A stretch of 64,000 nucleotides of DNA from Camelus dromedarius (taxonomy: Eukaryota): contig NC_087446.1 of the NCBI RefSeq assembly GCF_036321535.1, positions 62,682,001 through 62,746,000 of the forward strand. Reading direction: 5' to 3'. This document shows, piece by piece, positions 34,237-59,900 of this stretch. How positions within the stretch are numbered: position 1 is the stretch's first letter; every line of letters starts with the position of its first letter. The position numbers and the translations under genes are program-made. Under the pieces are notes generated by a model. It saw nothing but the letters and a program-made list of their open reading frames with translations, ran no database searches and had not been told where the DNA came from.

Positions 34237-36049
34237 GCTTAGCTCTTTGCTTTTACGGGGGGGGGGGTCTTGACCCTGAGAACCACCTGTACCTCCTCAT
34301 CACATTATTTCTACCTTACACTTAACATCCTCCCTCACCTTCCCTTTCCAGTGCTGAGGGAAAAAGAATTCCAAGGGAGCCCATTGGGTCAAATACACTG
34401 GGAAAAAAATAATTAGTAAAAGAGTAATTAACAGGAGAAGGGAGGATATGGAATCACGGACAGACTGCCAAACTAAGGCTCCTCACTAGAAAGTAATTAG
34501 GGAGAGTAATGCTCTTATGAAGCATTCATAAGATACGAAATATCCAAAATATTTTGGATGGGTGAATGAATGAATCAGAAAAAGGGGCTGGAACCCAAGC
34601 CAACATAGAGAATGACTTCTATTTTAAATAGATACTGAGTTGTAGTGGGCTTATGTGAATGGTAAGGCTAAAGTGGACCCTGCTGGTTTAAGAAGGAAGT
34701 TTGACACACTCAGAAACACAGCCATCCAGAAGGTTTACAAATCAAACAATCCTAGCAAGACAGACAATGAAACATTCTCCTCACAAGCCTCTTAGCCAGT
34801 TCAGACCTTAAGATCTTTGTTGCTAGTGTCCCAGCTGCCCTTGCCAGCAAGGGCCCAGAGCTACAACTATCAATCAGAATGCAAAGAGGGGGAATCTGTA
34901 CTGACATGTCTTCCATTTTGCTCTGGAGCATGGTTCATATCCATCTGAAGCCTGAACTCTTATATTCTCTGCCAGATCGTTAAGGAGAATACAAGTTAGG
35001 GTGCAAGGAGAGCAAATAGAGTAATAGCACGATTTCAGATTTTAGATAATTTCTCACAAATGAGACACTGATCCTTTACTCCCATCCCCCAAAGTGTTGG
35101 AAGATAAAGTTGGAGCCAGTAAGACAAAGGAAGCCAGCGAAACCTGTCTGTTGTCTACTTAGGTGTCTGTGAGCAGAAACGATTTGGCAAAAGTCTGCAT
35201 TTCAAGCAAGGGCAAGGGCTAAGAAAGCTTGCACTGGGGGGAAAGAGGGAAGCACAAAGACCCCATATAAGGAGTTACAAGTTTTGTGGAAGGGCACAAG
35301 TCATTCTCATGCAATGTTGCAATGTGGTGGTAACCTCCTTGCATATGCTCACTCCTATATCTATTTATCTATATGTGATGTATATAATATCATACCCACA
35401 TATACATATACGCACACATGTGTATTATAGTATCTTAGTGCTGAAAAGAATCTTAAAGGTCAAGTATTCCTGTTTCTGGCTCGTCAATAACTTCTCTGTC
35501 AGAAGGCATCTGGTCTCTGCTTTAAGGCTCCCAAGAAGTGGAAGCTGGGAGGAGGGGGGGCATTACCTTGCCCCTCTTTCCGTTGGATTACTATATTAAT
35601 CTGTCTTCCATCAGTCCTTGAATCCTACTTTTGCCCTCAGATGCCTACTGTCTACTCTCTATTTTACACGACCACACAGTCAGCTATATCTTTACAGATA
35701 GCCTTAATCACTGCTTTAAAGGGCTAGTGCCTGAGACACCAAAAAACCTCACAAAACCCCCACATGCGCACAGGAAGCAAGTACTCAGTAAAAATTTGTT
35801 GAATGAGTGAAAGAAACAAAGACACAAATGAGACTGTCTTCCGATTCGGTGAAGCAGAAAGCCACCAGCACCACCTCTCGTCCCCGGACCCCATCACCGC
35901 ATACTGAGAGTGAGAGACGTGTAGCGAGACTGGAGATGTGCTCAGGCTCAGCCTGAAGCCTAGAGTTGGGATCTGGGTGGCCTTGGTTGCCATGGCACCG
36001 CAAAGGTCTCCACCCTCTCTCTTCTTTCTCCCCACCCCCCCGCCAAAGT

Positions 36050-36476
36050 TACGGCAGCCAGTCACATGCCCTGCCGCGTAACCACACCTCTGCTCCTCCG
36101 AGCAAAGTCAAGTGGTCACGTGTGATAGCAACAGATCACGTGGCTGCCATCGCCCCTCCGCCCCTTTCCCCTCCCCGCCCCGTTCCTAGTCAAAGCCGCT
36201 CCCGGCTGCCCCTCTGCGCATGAGTAGTCTGGTCACGTGCTCCGAACGTCCGGCGTTCGCCCCGCCCCCCCGGTTTCCGCGCGCCTCTTTGGCAGCTGGT
36301 CACATGGTGAGGGTGGGGGAACAGGGGGCCGCTCTAGCCTGCGGCCTGTGTCTATGGTCGGGCCCGTAGCGTCCAGCTGCCCCGGACAGAGCGCGAGTGT
36401 ATGGCGCCACAAGAACCGGCTCCGGGGCCCCGATAACGGGCCGCCCCCGCAGCTCCTGGAACGGGGCGAGGTAAGT
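36050..36476 (+). promoter_or_regulatory. CDK4 CpG promoter, E-box cluster and non-coding exon 1 (donor GTAAGT at 36471)
   Basis: CACGTG at 36117, 36137, 36234; CACATG at 36063, 36301. The exon 2 acceptor ends at 36916. Confidence 0.85.
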
Positions 36477-36878
36477 GTAACCCCTTTCTAGGAATGGGGA
36501 CCATTCTCGTCCTCCACGGTGTCTTGCGCGGGCTGGTTATGAAGGGTCGCTCGAGGGCGGGAAGTGGGGCAGGGCGTAATCTGTCCCTTTGTGGTCGTAG
36601 GGAGGTGTAATTTCAGAGGCTGGATGTAGGGTCTTCGATGCAGGGGGTGTGTCGTGTGGGATTTCCTTTGTGCGGGGCTCGATGGTCCCCAAGGAAAAGA
36701 CACTTTATTCTAGGGTCTCACGTGGCTGGAGGGGTTGGGGTTAGTGTCATTGTGTTACCTGGTGGGGGCCGGCCTCATGGAAGCTCGGGGAAGGGACGAG
36801 ATGCTGTTGCTGTTGTCTTTGTAATGTCTTTTGTGGGAGTTACTTTGTTGCTGCAGGCTCATACCATCTGAACTCTGA

Positions 36879-38864
<1,986 letters not shown>

Positions 38865-39354
38865 GCCAAGAAATGGTTGCAACAGAACGAAGAAGAGAAG
38901 CCGACATTTCCCTTTGAACACTTGAGTGCAGAGCCCCCCACTGAGAAGGCGACCTCTGCCCTCATCTCGGAGGCTGTGGAGATTCCTCCTCCAACTTTTT
39001 ACCAAGAATATTTTGCTGCCTTAACGACATTCCCTTCCCACCCCTCCTTTCGAGGCTTATCCTTCTCCTGCCGCCCATTTCCCTACACCAAGGGGTATAT
39101 CCCCTTCTCTCCCATTTTATACAGGAAAAAACAAAACAAAGAAATACGGTCTTTTTTTTTTTTTAATGTTTCTTCCTCTGATTGGCTTTACCATTTGGGG
39201 ATCTGACACACCATTTGGAAGATGGAACTTCCCTGCAGAATCTTACAGATTTTCCTTAGATCGCAAGGCCTACACAGTCAGTGGAGCCCCTCAGTTGGCA
39301 AAAGGGAAAAAGAGGCACTTAGATTGCTTCCTTGGATGTGGAGTTCAAATGGCT

Positions 39355-39360
39355 TTTATT
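39355..39360 (-). terminator. Candidate poly(A) signal AATAAA of TSPAN31
   Basis: TTTATT on the + strand, about 425 nt past the TSPAN31 stop. Confidence 0.55.
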
Positions 39361-39785
39361 TTTATAGTCACTGAGCTTCCCCCAACTGGGTCTTGCTTAT
39401 TATAAGAGTTCTTGGTGGCTTTCTCTCTGGCTCTGTCCCCGATTTACCCTTGGAGCCAGGATGTGTTGAGGTGGTCCAGCGTGTGGAAGAGAGAAGAGGG
39501 AGAAGAGCCAGGGATGATTCCAACCCCCATCCCATCCCATGGACTCCCAGGAGCTTCCCATGTCCACTTAGGGAGAGAGGAAGGAAGGTTTTCTTTACTC
39601 TTTATAATCTTGCTCCCACCAAAACATGTCAAGGCATAAAACCTAGCTAGTTATCTTTAGGGAACATGGCGTAGGGCCTTTCCTTTTTCTCAAAAAGGGC
39701 TTTAGATCCCAGGTTTTCCCTAAGGGAGAGAGAAAAAGCTTAGGGAGAACAGACAGCAGGAGAGAAGTCAGAAGGATCCAGAGTC

Positions 39786-41949
39786 TCATAGAAAGGCACT
39801 GGGGTTGGCTCGAGGATCTTTCTGATTCCGAAATCTCATCGCTAGCCAAACACCAAGGATCTGTAGAAGCAAAGGAAAAGAGATAAGCACCAACTCTGAA
39901 TCTCTGGGGCTAAGGCCTGAAGACAGAGGGTATGTATTAGGGAACTGGAGAATGTTACCTCTGTGAAGCTGAAGAAGAGTCCAACACCCCCCAGAATTTT
40001 CAGGGCTTCATCTGAGTGCTTAAGAAGCTTTTCGCCACACATCTGGCATGTGGGGCTCCTGCTCTTGCAGATCTGAGGAAAAGATGAACGCGTCTGTTTG
40101 GAGGATGCAGGGTTGCTAAGCTACTCTATCCTAATACTTAAGGGGATGGCCCTAGAAATTGTTTTTCCAGTTTCTGATCAGTATGCTACAGACTGGAATC
40201 CCACTTGGCTAAATCTCCAGCTTTTGTATCCATCCTCCAACCCCCACCAGCACACCCACCCAAGATAAGTGTGCTGCTGGAGAGAGGCATTCACATTCAA
40301 ACTCAAACCTGCCAATTTGGGCATTGTCCTTACCCAGTTTTCCTAACCCTCCCCCAGTTTCCCAAATCAACTCACTGCAGTGCAGAAAGCGTAATCTTGT
40401 TGATCCAGGGCTGTGAGGTTGAACAAGCCACAGCAATCAAAACTTCTTTCCAGTTCATCCCGGGTCTTATTGCTCATGACCCACCAAGAAGCATTAATGA
40501 CATCTGTCTGGAGGATACAAGCAGAGGGAAATTATTTGATGCTGCTAACCTTAAGAATCTCCCCTACAAATCCTCCCTAAGAATCCTGATCCCAGGTCAA
40601 GTGCCTCAATTTCCCTGTTGGAGCAAAGGGAGTTAACGTCCTTTAGAAGCGAAGGTGCAGGCACTACAACTATCCACCTCCTTCTGGATCATCCTCATGG
40701 ATGATTAGCCAGACCTCCCAGAGAAGCAAATGGCTCAAGTCTGGACGTAGTGGACCTAAGAATGATCTTTAGGGTCAGACTGACAGTAAGGAGTTGGGGG
40801 GGGGGGGGGTGGAGTGGGGGTAGAAGCAAGTATTTGAAAGGGCACCTTCTTACCTGTTTACTTAGGTTAATAGCCAGACATGAGCAAGAGATTACAAACT
40901 GGAAGACGAAGACCAAACCAAGGATGATCATGTACTGAGAGGAAGAGTTACGGGAAAAAAAATTCCTAGATTCCTTTGTTCCACCTGCAAAAACCATCAG
41001 AACTCATCTATTCATACAATTTGTACAACCATGTCCGTTGAAAACAATAAAATCGTCAATTTTTGTTTCATAGACTATAGGGGAGGGCAAGGAGACACCC
41101 CCAAGATCCCTGAGGTTTCCTAGCCTCTCTTAATTTCTTCCTCGTTGACTCAGCCCTCCCAAAAGCCCCCATCACTTCAGGTCAGGATACAAAGAATAGC
41201 AGTACTTGGTGGTGGTTGATAGCACCCACCAGTCCAGCTACCGCGATGAGAAGAAGGAAGACTCCCACAGCAATGACTCCTCCGACGATGTGTATGCTGG
41301 ATACGAGACCAAGGCCCTTAGCCCAGGCAGCCACTCCAATGAGCAACAAGCCTACCAGCTAGGGGAAACAAAGAGCAAGATACATCTCAAAGAATTCTAT
41401 TGTGCAGCACAGCTAAAAATCATGCGCGGGGGGAGTGGGGGAGAGCTTGGGCAAAAATGGAGAACTAGGTTGTGTGTGAATGAGGGAGAGGAGGTGATTT
41501 CAGGGCCAGGAGCATCCCTGGGCACCCCCATTGGAGGTCATAATGGCTGGAGTGGGGTGGGAGGTGGCAAAGATAGTGGAGTCTGGGAATATAAAACGGA
41601 ACATTTGCCTTCATCCATCACTTCTATTTTGGGAGAAACCGAAGTTCACAGGAGGGAGGGCTGGGCCTTTATACCTCAGTTTATTACTGCCACCCCCAGA
41701 CAAACCCTCTGATCACCGGAAGTCTCCCCTCTTCCCACGGAAGTCCCCAGGAATTCCCTCTTCGCCGGAAGTCCCCAGGAATTTTCCCGGAACCCCCAGT
41801 ACACCCCTCTCCCCACCGGAAGTCCCCTAGAGATTCTTCCCATTTGCCTTTCGGCCCTGAAGCTTCCCCCACCTCCAAAACCTCACCATGTAGACCACGT
41901 TGAGCGCGCACAGCGCATTCTTGGAGCAGGCAAATCCTCCGCAAACCAT
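39786..41949 (-). CDS. TSPAN31: Tetraspanin-31 (6 exons, 210 aa)
   Basis: Exons 41887-41949, 41191-41358, 40854-40934, 40376-40507, 39959-40072, 39786-39860; all phase 0, GT-AG; 633 nt. [13 protein letters not shown] start, CCG motif in the large loop, C-terminal [10 protein letters not shown]. Confidence 0.96.
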
Positions 41950-43049
41950 CTCCCCAGCTTTGGGGACCCAAGTGGTCCCAAGGACTTGGGGGGAGGGTCT
42001 TGGGGACTGTCTTCTTGGACCGCGGCAGCTTCTGTCTCTTTAAATCGAGTCCAGCCAAACCTAATCCTCTGCGCCTGCACCGTCCCACCCCTGCTTTTGG
42101 ATTGGCGAAACTCAGGGCTAATCCAGGACTTCGATGGCTTGAATGCCAATCAATCTGTACTGTGTCACTGACCCGCCTACCGGCTCCTCCTAAAGGTTTT
42201 TTTACTGGATGAAACTTAAAACTGGAGGCAGGCCCTCCAGAGATTCTCATAGGGGCCAGAGCCTAAACTTCAAAACCCCAGGTTGAAAACGGAGCTTTCT
42301 GTGATCGCAGATGGAGGAAAGCTAATCCGAGGGGAAGAGTCTGGTGAAGAGACAAGGTGTTACTTCGAGAGCAGGGTGAAAGGGCTCCTCTCAAGGGAGC
42401 ACCCTCCCCGCCCCTTTCCCATTGTCTTGCAGTGACCTCATGATGACGCCCCTGTTTGTTGCTATTGCGTCACACCCGGGAACACCCAGAGAGGCAAAAT
42501 ATTGAACTATTTAGCCCGACCGCAGAGGCCCCGAGTTGGGCACAGCCAACACCCAGCAAATCCTCACGTGTTTGCAAGTGTGTCCACTAGTACACGTAGT
42601 TTGTTCCACATCCCCTCCTAACGGGGTCTGGATATGCTAGAAATTCAATGTGAAAAGCAGCAGCCTCGGGCCGGCGCATTGCTGTATGTGACAAAGCCAC
42701 AGGTACAGACATGAGTGTGCTGGCATCTTTGGAGCACATGCCTGATCCTGGGTTCATAAAAAAAAAAAAAATGACAAAGGGAGGGGTCTTGACTACGTAT
42801 AAATGTGAGAGGAAGGAGGAGTCTCCACATTTTCACTCTGGGGGCGGGCATTGTGGCTGATCAATATACGTTTATTATTGAATGCTTTGACACACTGCGG
42901 ATAGGAAAACATACAGTTCCTCTTTCCTCCAGGAAAGAGGCAGTCATAGTAGAAACACAAATGAAAAACCTCCCTTCAATTCCACAGAATGATTTACATT
43001 AATGTGTACTTAGATTCCACGACTGCATAAGTGGCATTGTCTTAACTGC

Positions 43050-43800
43050 GAGAGTCAGACTGCATGGGTTCCAACTTTGCCACTTACTAGCCGTGTAAAC
43101 TTCAGACAGTTATTTAAGCTCCCTGTGCCTATTTCCTCATCTGTAAAATAGGGATAAATAACAACACACCTACCTTCTGGGTTGCTGTGAAAATTGAATG
43201 AGTTAATGCACATAGAATGCTTAGAACAGTCCCTGGCACATAGTAAACACTCATTGTTAGTATTGTTTCGGCTGTTTTCAGGTTCCAATGGGTAATCCCA
43301 ACCCTAATTCTCTTATCTCCCCTAATTCTCTTATTGCCAACTACACACTCACATATTATAATCCTCTATCCTTTATAAATTTATATCAATAAGATACGCA
43401 GGAGAAGAGACATTTGGCAGGGTCAGAAAGGTTTGAGTCCTGAAACAAAGTGATTAGATCAAACTGTCCACTCTTTTCCCCTTCAACTGATCCTGCATCT
43501 TCATTCTTTCCCTCAATTCCTCATCCACCCTCTTCTTCCCATTTCCTAAATCAAGGGCAAGACAGTGGTATTAAGGATAAGGGGAACTGGTTGGCAAGCA
43601 TCTTGGCTGTGTGGTGTAGTGAGAAGGGCATCAGAATTATGATCAGAAAACCTAGATCAATATCTTTGTTTCACCTCTTATTGGCCTCTCTGAGCTTCAG
43701 TTTCCTTTTCTGCAGAATAGGGATAAAAATACTGCCCCTTTGGGCCTGTCATGAAGATGATGTACATGAAAATATGTTGTAAACTATTAAGTGTTATAGA
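43050..43800. mobile_element. Two MIR remnants between TSPAN31 and AGAP2 (~43050-43260, ~43600-43800)
   Basis: 'ctgtgcctatttcctcatctgtaaaatagggataa' and 'tctctgagcttcagtttccttttctgcagaatagggataa'. Confidence 0.7.
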
Positions 43801-44608
43801 CAAGTTAATTATTATGAAAGCAATTGAACATGGAGCATAGTGGTTTTGTCTGGTTATAGGTTACTGTCTTCTATAACCTGTTCTCCCTGTAACTACTTGA
43901 CCCTTTTAAGCAGGAGGCGGTTACAGTGGGTTAGTCAACCAAAGGAGGGTTACCTTGCAAGGTGTAAGTATGCAAGCTCTTTGGATATACAGAGTGGGTG
44001 GCGAGTACAACTAAGCTGGAATGCAGGATGTTAAAGGTGCCAGACCAAGTGTGTATGGATTCCTGTAAGAGTTTGAGACTGAACATAAACCCTGGTAGGT
44101 CACCAAGAGTTTAGGATTGCACCTGGGACCAGACATGCCACGTTCTCCCAGCAGCAACACCCGTCTTAATTAGCCACCTCCCACAGGAGGCCCTAGGATG
44201 CTTGTTAAGGTATCTCCATCCACCTGTCTGGGGAATCGTAGCAGGGGCAGGCTGGCAGAGCCGATAAGCCAACGCTAGAGAGGGTGGGTGGTGCAGGAGG
44301 TAGTGCTGACCCAGGCTGTGGGTTTGAAACTCACCAGTCAGGAAGTGAAGTCGACAGACGGAAGGGCGGGCAGGGGCGGGGAGTTCTGGGGCACAGCAGA
44401 AGGGGCCTTTTGGAGTTTGGGGGCTGCAGGGACATGGGCCTCGGGACCAGAGGTTGCTGTTAGCCCCCNNNNNNNNNNNNNNNNNNNNNNNNNNNNNNNN
44501 NNNNNNNNNNNNNNNNNNNNNNNNNNNNNNNNNNNNNNNNNNNNNNNNNNNNNNNNNNNNNNNNNNNNNNNNNNNNNNNNNNNNNNNNNNNNNNNNNNNN
44601 NNNNNNNN

Positions 44609-44647
44609 TTCGGGACAGCATTCAGGCCTCACTGGAAGTCGTACAAG
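44609..44647 (+). CDS. AGAP2: Visible 3' end of the alternative first coding exon of AGAP2 short isoform (PIKE-A); start codon predicted inside the N-gap near 44488
   Basis: Reads (L)RDSIQASLEVVQ then G|GTAAG, similar to human LQDSIQASLDSIRE. Its phase 1 joins exon 51201 (G+AG). With the shared exons it gives 2511 nt = 836 aa. Confidence 0.85.
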
Positions 44648-47600
44648 GTAAGATAAGGGTTAGCTCCCAACTTGGGTGTATTGGGGACCAGTAGGGACAT
44701 AGAAGGGCTTGCTGGTCATACATCACTTTCCAATCAGCCACTTTCTAGTCTCCAAGATGGAGCTGGGAATCTGGGGAAGAATACATTTGGAAAGGATGGA
44801 AACAGACATGGGAGGTGTCATTCTTCCTCTTTTCCCAACTCTGATCCTTCTCTTTTCTCAGAGGATCAAAATACAGGTCATTGCTGAGCTGACCTTGGCA
44901 ATGGAGAAGTGGGTGAGCATGGGGAGAGCAGGCCATGGCAGACCCATGGTAGTCTTGGACCCTGCTTGGAAAGTCCAGGGTGGGAAGAAGTCTAGGGCAG
45001 GAGGTTCTGGGACTGGATAATGTGGTCATTCCCAGGACCCATGAAGGATCAGTGACCTCTTGTTCTCCAGCTGTTCTCCAGAAAACACACAACACACACA
45101 CACACACACCACATTGAAATACACCACGCAAAGAATCTCAGGCTCCCAGGGACACACCAACACTCAACACATCATGCTCTGTGCAGCCAAAGTGCAGAGA
45201 AGTCCCCAGAATTCTTCTTGGCCTCCTTTTGTCCCCGTGCTCCTGTTCCTGTCTTCCCCCCGACACACACCTTCCGCTCTACCTCCTTAGTGCCATTAGA
45301 GCAAGTGATGACAACACAGGGAGGAAGTGCTGCCATGGCAACACCATCCGCCACATCCTCCTACCCACCCCTGCCTTCAGTCTTGTGGTGGGGCCCTGGC
45401 AGAAACAGCTTCTCTCTATCCACAAGGCCCCACCACTAAGGAACTGGTGGAGCTGGAGGTCTTCTCCAGTCTGCTCTCATCTCATTTGCCTCTGAGGCTA
45501 TAAAGAGCTATAAAAGCTGGCTACTTTGTTCAGGAAAGGTGTCTGGGAGAAACACATCCTCCATCATATCCTGGTCTCTTCCAGCCTCTCCATTCTTAGT
45601 TGCCTACCTGGGGGTGGGGGTGGGGCAAGAAGGCAAGAGACCATTCTTTTCATCAAGGATACCTCCTGATGGCAGAGGCCATCAGAGCATAACTTGAAGG
45701 AACAGTTTAGCTCAGGTTCCTAAGGGAACAGCCTGATCCCTTCCTATTGCCCTTCTGTGGCTGGTGCCCCTCTCATCTCCCGTCCCCCACCCTTTGTCAG
45801 GAACTACAGCTGATACTTTCCCTGCAGTCTTAGCAGCTGGAACTGCAGACCTGGGGGAGTGGCCCCATGAGGCCTCCCAGAGAGGAACTCCAAGCCCCAC
45901 CTCTGTGGGGGAAAAAAAAGAGGGGGTAGGAGAGAAGTTCAGGCCAGGTAGAGGAATTCAGCTTAGCTCTGGAGAGGAGCAAGTGAGGAGGGGTGGAGGC
46001 TGAGCTCTCTGAAAAGACCACTCTTCATAAGTGATTTGTTCCACTCCTTCCCCAAGAGTCAGCATTCTGTTCCCATTGAACATAAAGGAAAACTGAGGCC
46101 ACCAAAGGAAGGAAGGAAAATTAAGAAACAACAAATCGTCACCCTCTCTTTTGGAAAAGGTTGCTGAAAGGTCTCCTGTTCTGGGGATGGTGTCATCCTA
46201 CTGCTGGGGGTGGGGGTGGGGGTGGGGGGGCGGGTGGTAGGAGGGGCGCAGCACTGGGGAGGGCTGCTGACCTCCAGACAGGACTGCGGAGGGATTGGGT
46301 ACGGGTCTCAGGGAGAACAAACGGCATCCAGCATCCTGGTACCACCCCCTTACCCCCTGCCAGGCGGAGCACGCTGCCGCCGGCTCCTGCCTCTGAGAGC
46401 CGCCCACGACAGCACTTATTATAGTCTCCGCTGCGTCAGGAGGGTGGAACGCCAAATTAGGGGAACGCTGAGACTCCCCGAGTGTCGGGGAGGGGTCTCC
46501 AAGTCTGAGGGGAGGCCTCCTCCAACTCCCGCCCCACAGCGGTTGGTCTCAGTCTCTGCTCCTCATTGCCCTAACCCCTTCAACCTTCGCCTGGGCTGGA
46601 GGACAGTGAGCCTTCAACTCCAGGGTCTCTACAGAGGTGGAGGACACAGAGCAGACGTTTCTCGTTCTCTGTCTATCTCCTTTTTAACCTTCTAAAAGAG
46701 CCCCACCCCAAAAGCCTCAGGAGACTGAATGGAAACCAGAAGAGGCCTGTTAGCGCTGCCTCAATTGAGAGGGTCTTTATATTCGGGGAGCTAAATACCC
46801 CACACGTGGGTAATCAGGTGTGAAGGTGATGCCTTCTTTAACCCCAAATCCCCTGGCAGGTGCCCCCACCCACCATACCCACCGATCCTCCTCTCTGCTT
46901 ATCCCCGCTGTTTCCGAGGCACTCTTGGAGCTGCGGTTGCTATGGAGACAGGATGCATTTTGGTATTGGGGGGGGGGAGTGGCGTCAATCTGTAGACGTA
47001 TTCCTTCTCCTTCTACCCCGAGCTGGAACATTTTGATTCACTTTTCGGCCTGGGCTCCTCGACCTTGCAGATCTCTCCCCTCCTGAAGCACCCCCCTCCT
47101 TTCACCCACCCTGCTAAGTTCCATATTTGTCCCCATCCCTAGGGAACACTTTCCAAGTTCACTTTGGGACAGTTAGGCTCAAGTCGAGGCCGGGTCAATC
47201 TGTTGCGTGTGGAGGGTGGAGGTGGTCGAAGGGGCTGGGTCTTGGGGAAAGGAACTGCGTGAGAGTACTTGGAAGAAACAAGGGGTCCTGGGAAAGGGAT
47301 TTCAGGGCTCCCCACTTTCTCACGTCAGCTTCCCCAGGATTGGCAGTAAACCCGTGTTTGCTCCGTTTTCGCTCAGGACTGTCCACCCATAAATCGATTT
47401 TTACTCTTGTCCCTAAATGCCACACCTAACAGTAGATCTCCCTAACCGTGGTGTGCCAGGGGAAGGGGCTAGAGTTTTGGAGGAGGTGAGTCCAGGTTCC
47501 AAGAAATCCAGCCCAGGATTTGGGAGGGAAATCCAGTCCTGGATTTTGCACCGCCTTCGCAGACAGCCGTGCTGGTGGAGAGAAGGTGGGGGGGAGGTAG

Positions 47601-48471
47601 GGTGGGGGGGGCGGGGGGCCGCCTCCTCCTCACTGTGAGGGGAGCGCCCGGACACAGCGCGCATCCGGACCGAGCCGAGCCCTGGCGAGCCCCCGGACCC
47701 TGCGCCCGGATCTCACGCCCCTCCCCTCCCAGACCCCAGACCCGTGGGCTCCCATCCCCTCTGGCTTCCCTCCTTCCTCCCCCGCCGGCGCCTGTATCTC
47801 CATCCCCAGCATCCTCCTGGCGCCCCAGCGAATCCCCCGCACGACCAGCTCCATTAGCTTCCTACCTTCCTAAAGACCCCCCTCTCCGACCCCTATCCGC
47901 AGCCCCTGTCCCTTGAGTCCCCATTCCCCGCCCCTGCCTCCCCCGCACCAGTTCTTCTCCCTTAGCTTCGGGTTCCTCTTTTCTGCCCCCTTTTCCTCCC
48001 TCTCCCCTATTTGCCCCCACTACAGTCCTCCCCGCCCTCCCCCGCCCATCTCAGCGCTCCTACCCAGGCCGGGGTGCAGGGTCCGGCGCGCCTCCCCGGA
48101 GCAGCACCAAGGTCCNNNNNNNNNNNNNNNNNNNNNNNNNNNNNNNNNNNNNNNNNNNNNNNNNNNNNNNNNNNNNNNNNNNNNNNNNNNNNNNNNNNNN
48201 NNNNNNNNNNNNNNNNNNNNNNNNNNNNNNNNNNNNNNNNNNNNNNNNNNNNNNNNNNNNNNNNNNNNNNNNNNNNNNNNNNNNNNNNNNNNNNNNNNNN
48301 NNNNNNNNNNNNNNNNNNNNNNNNNNNNNNNNNNNNNNNNNNNNNNNNNNNNNNNNNNNNNNNNNNNNNNNNNNNNNNNNNNNNNNNNNNNNNNNNNNNN
48401 NNNNNNNNNNNNNNNNNNNNNNNNNNNNNNNNNNNNNNNNNNNNNNNNNNNNNNNNNNNNNNNNNNNNNNN

Positions 48472-59900
<11,429 letters not shown>

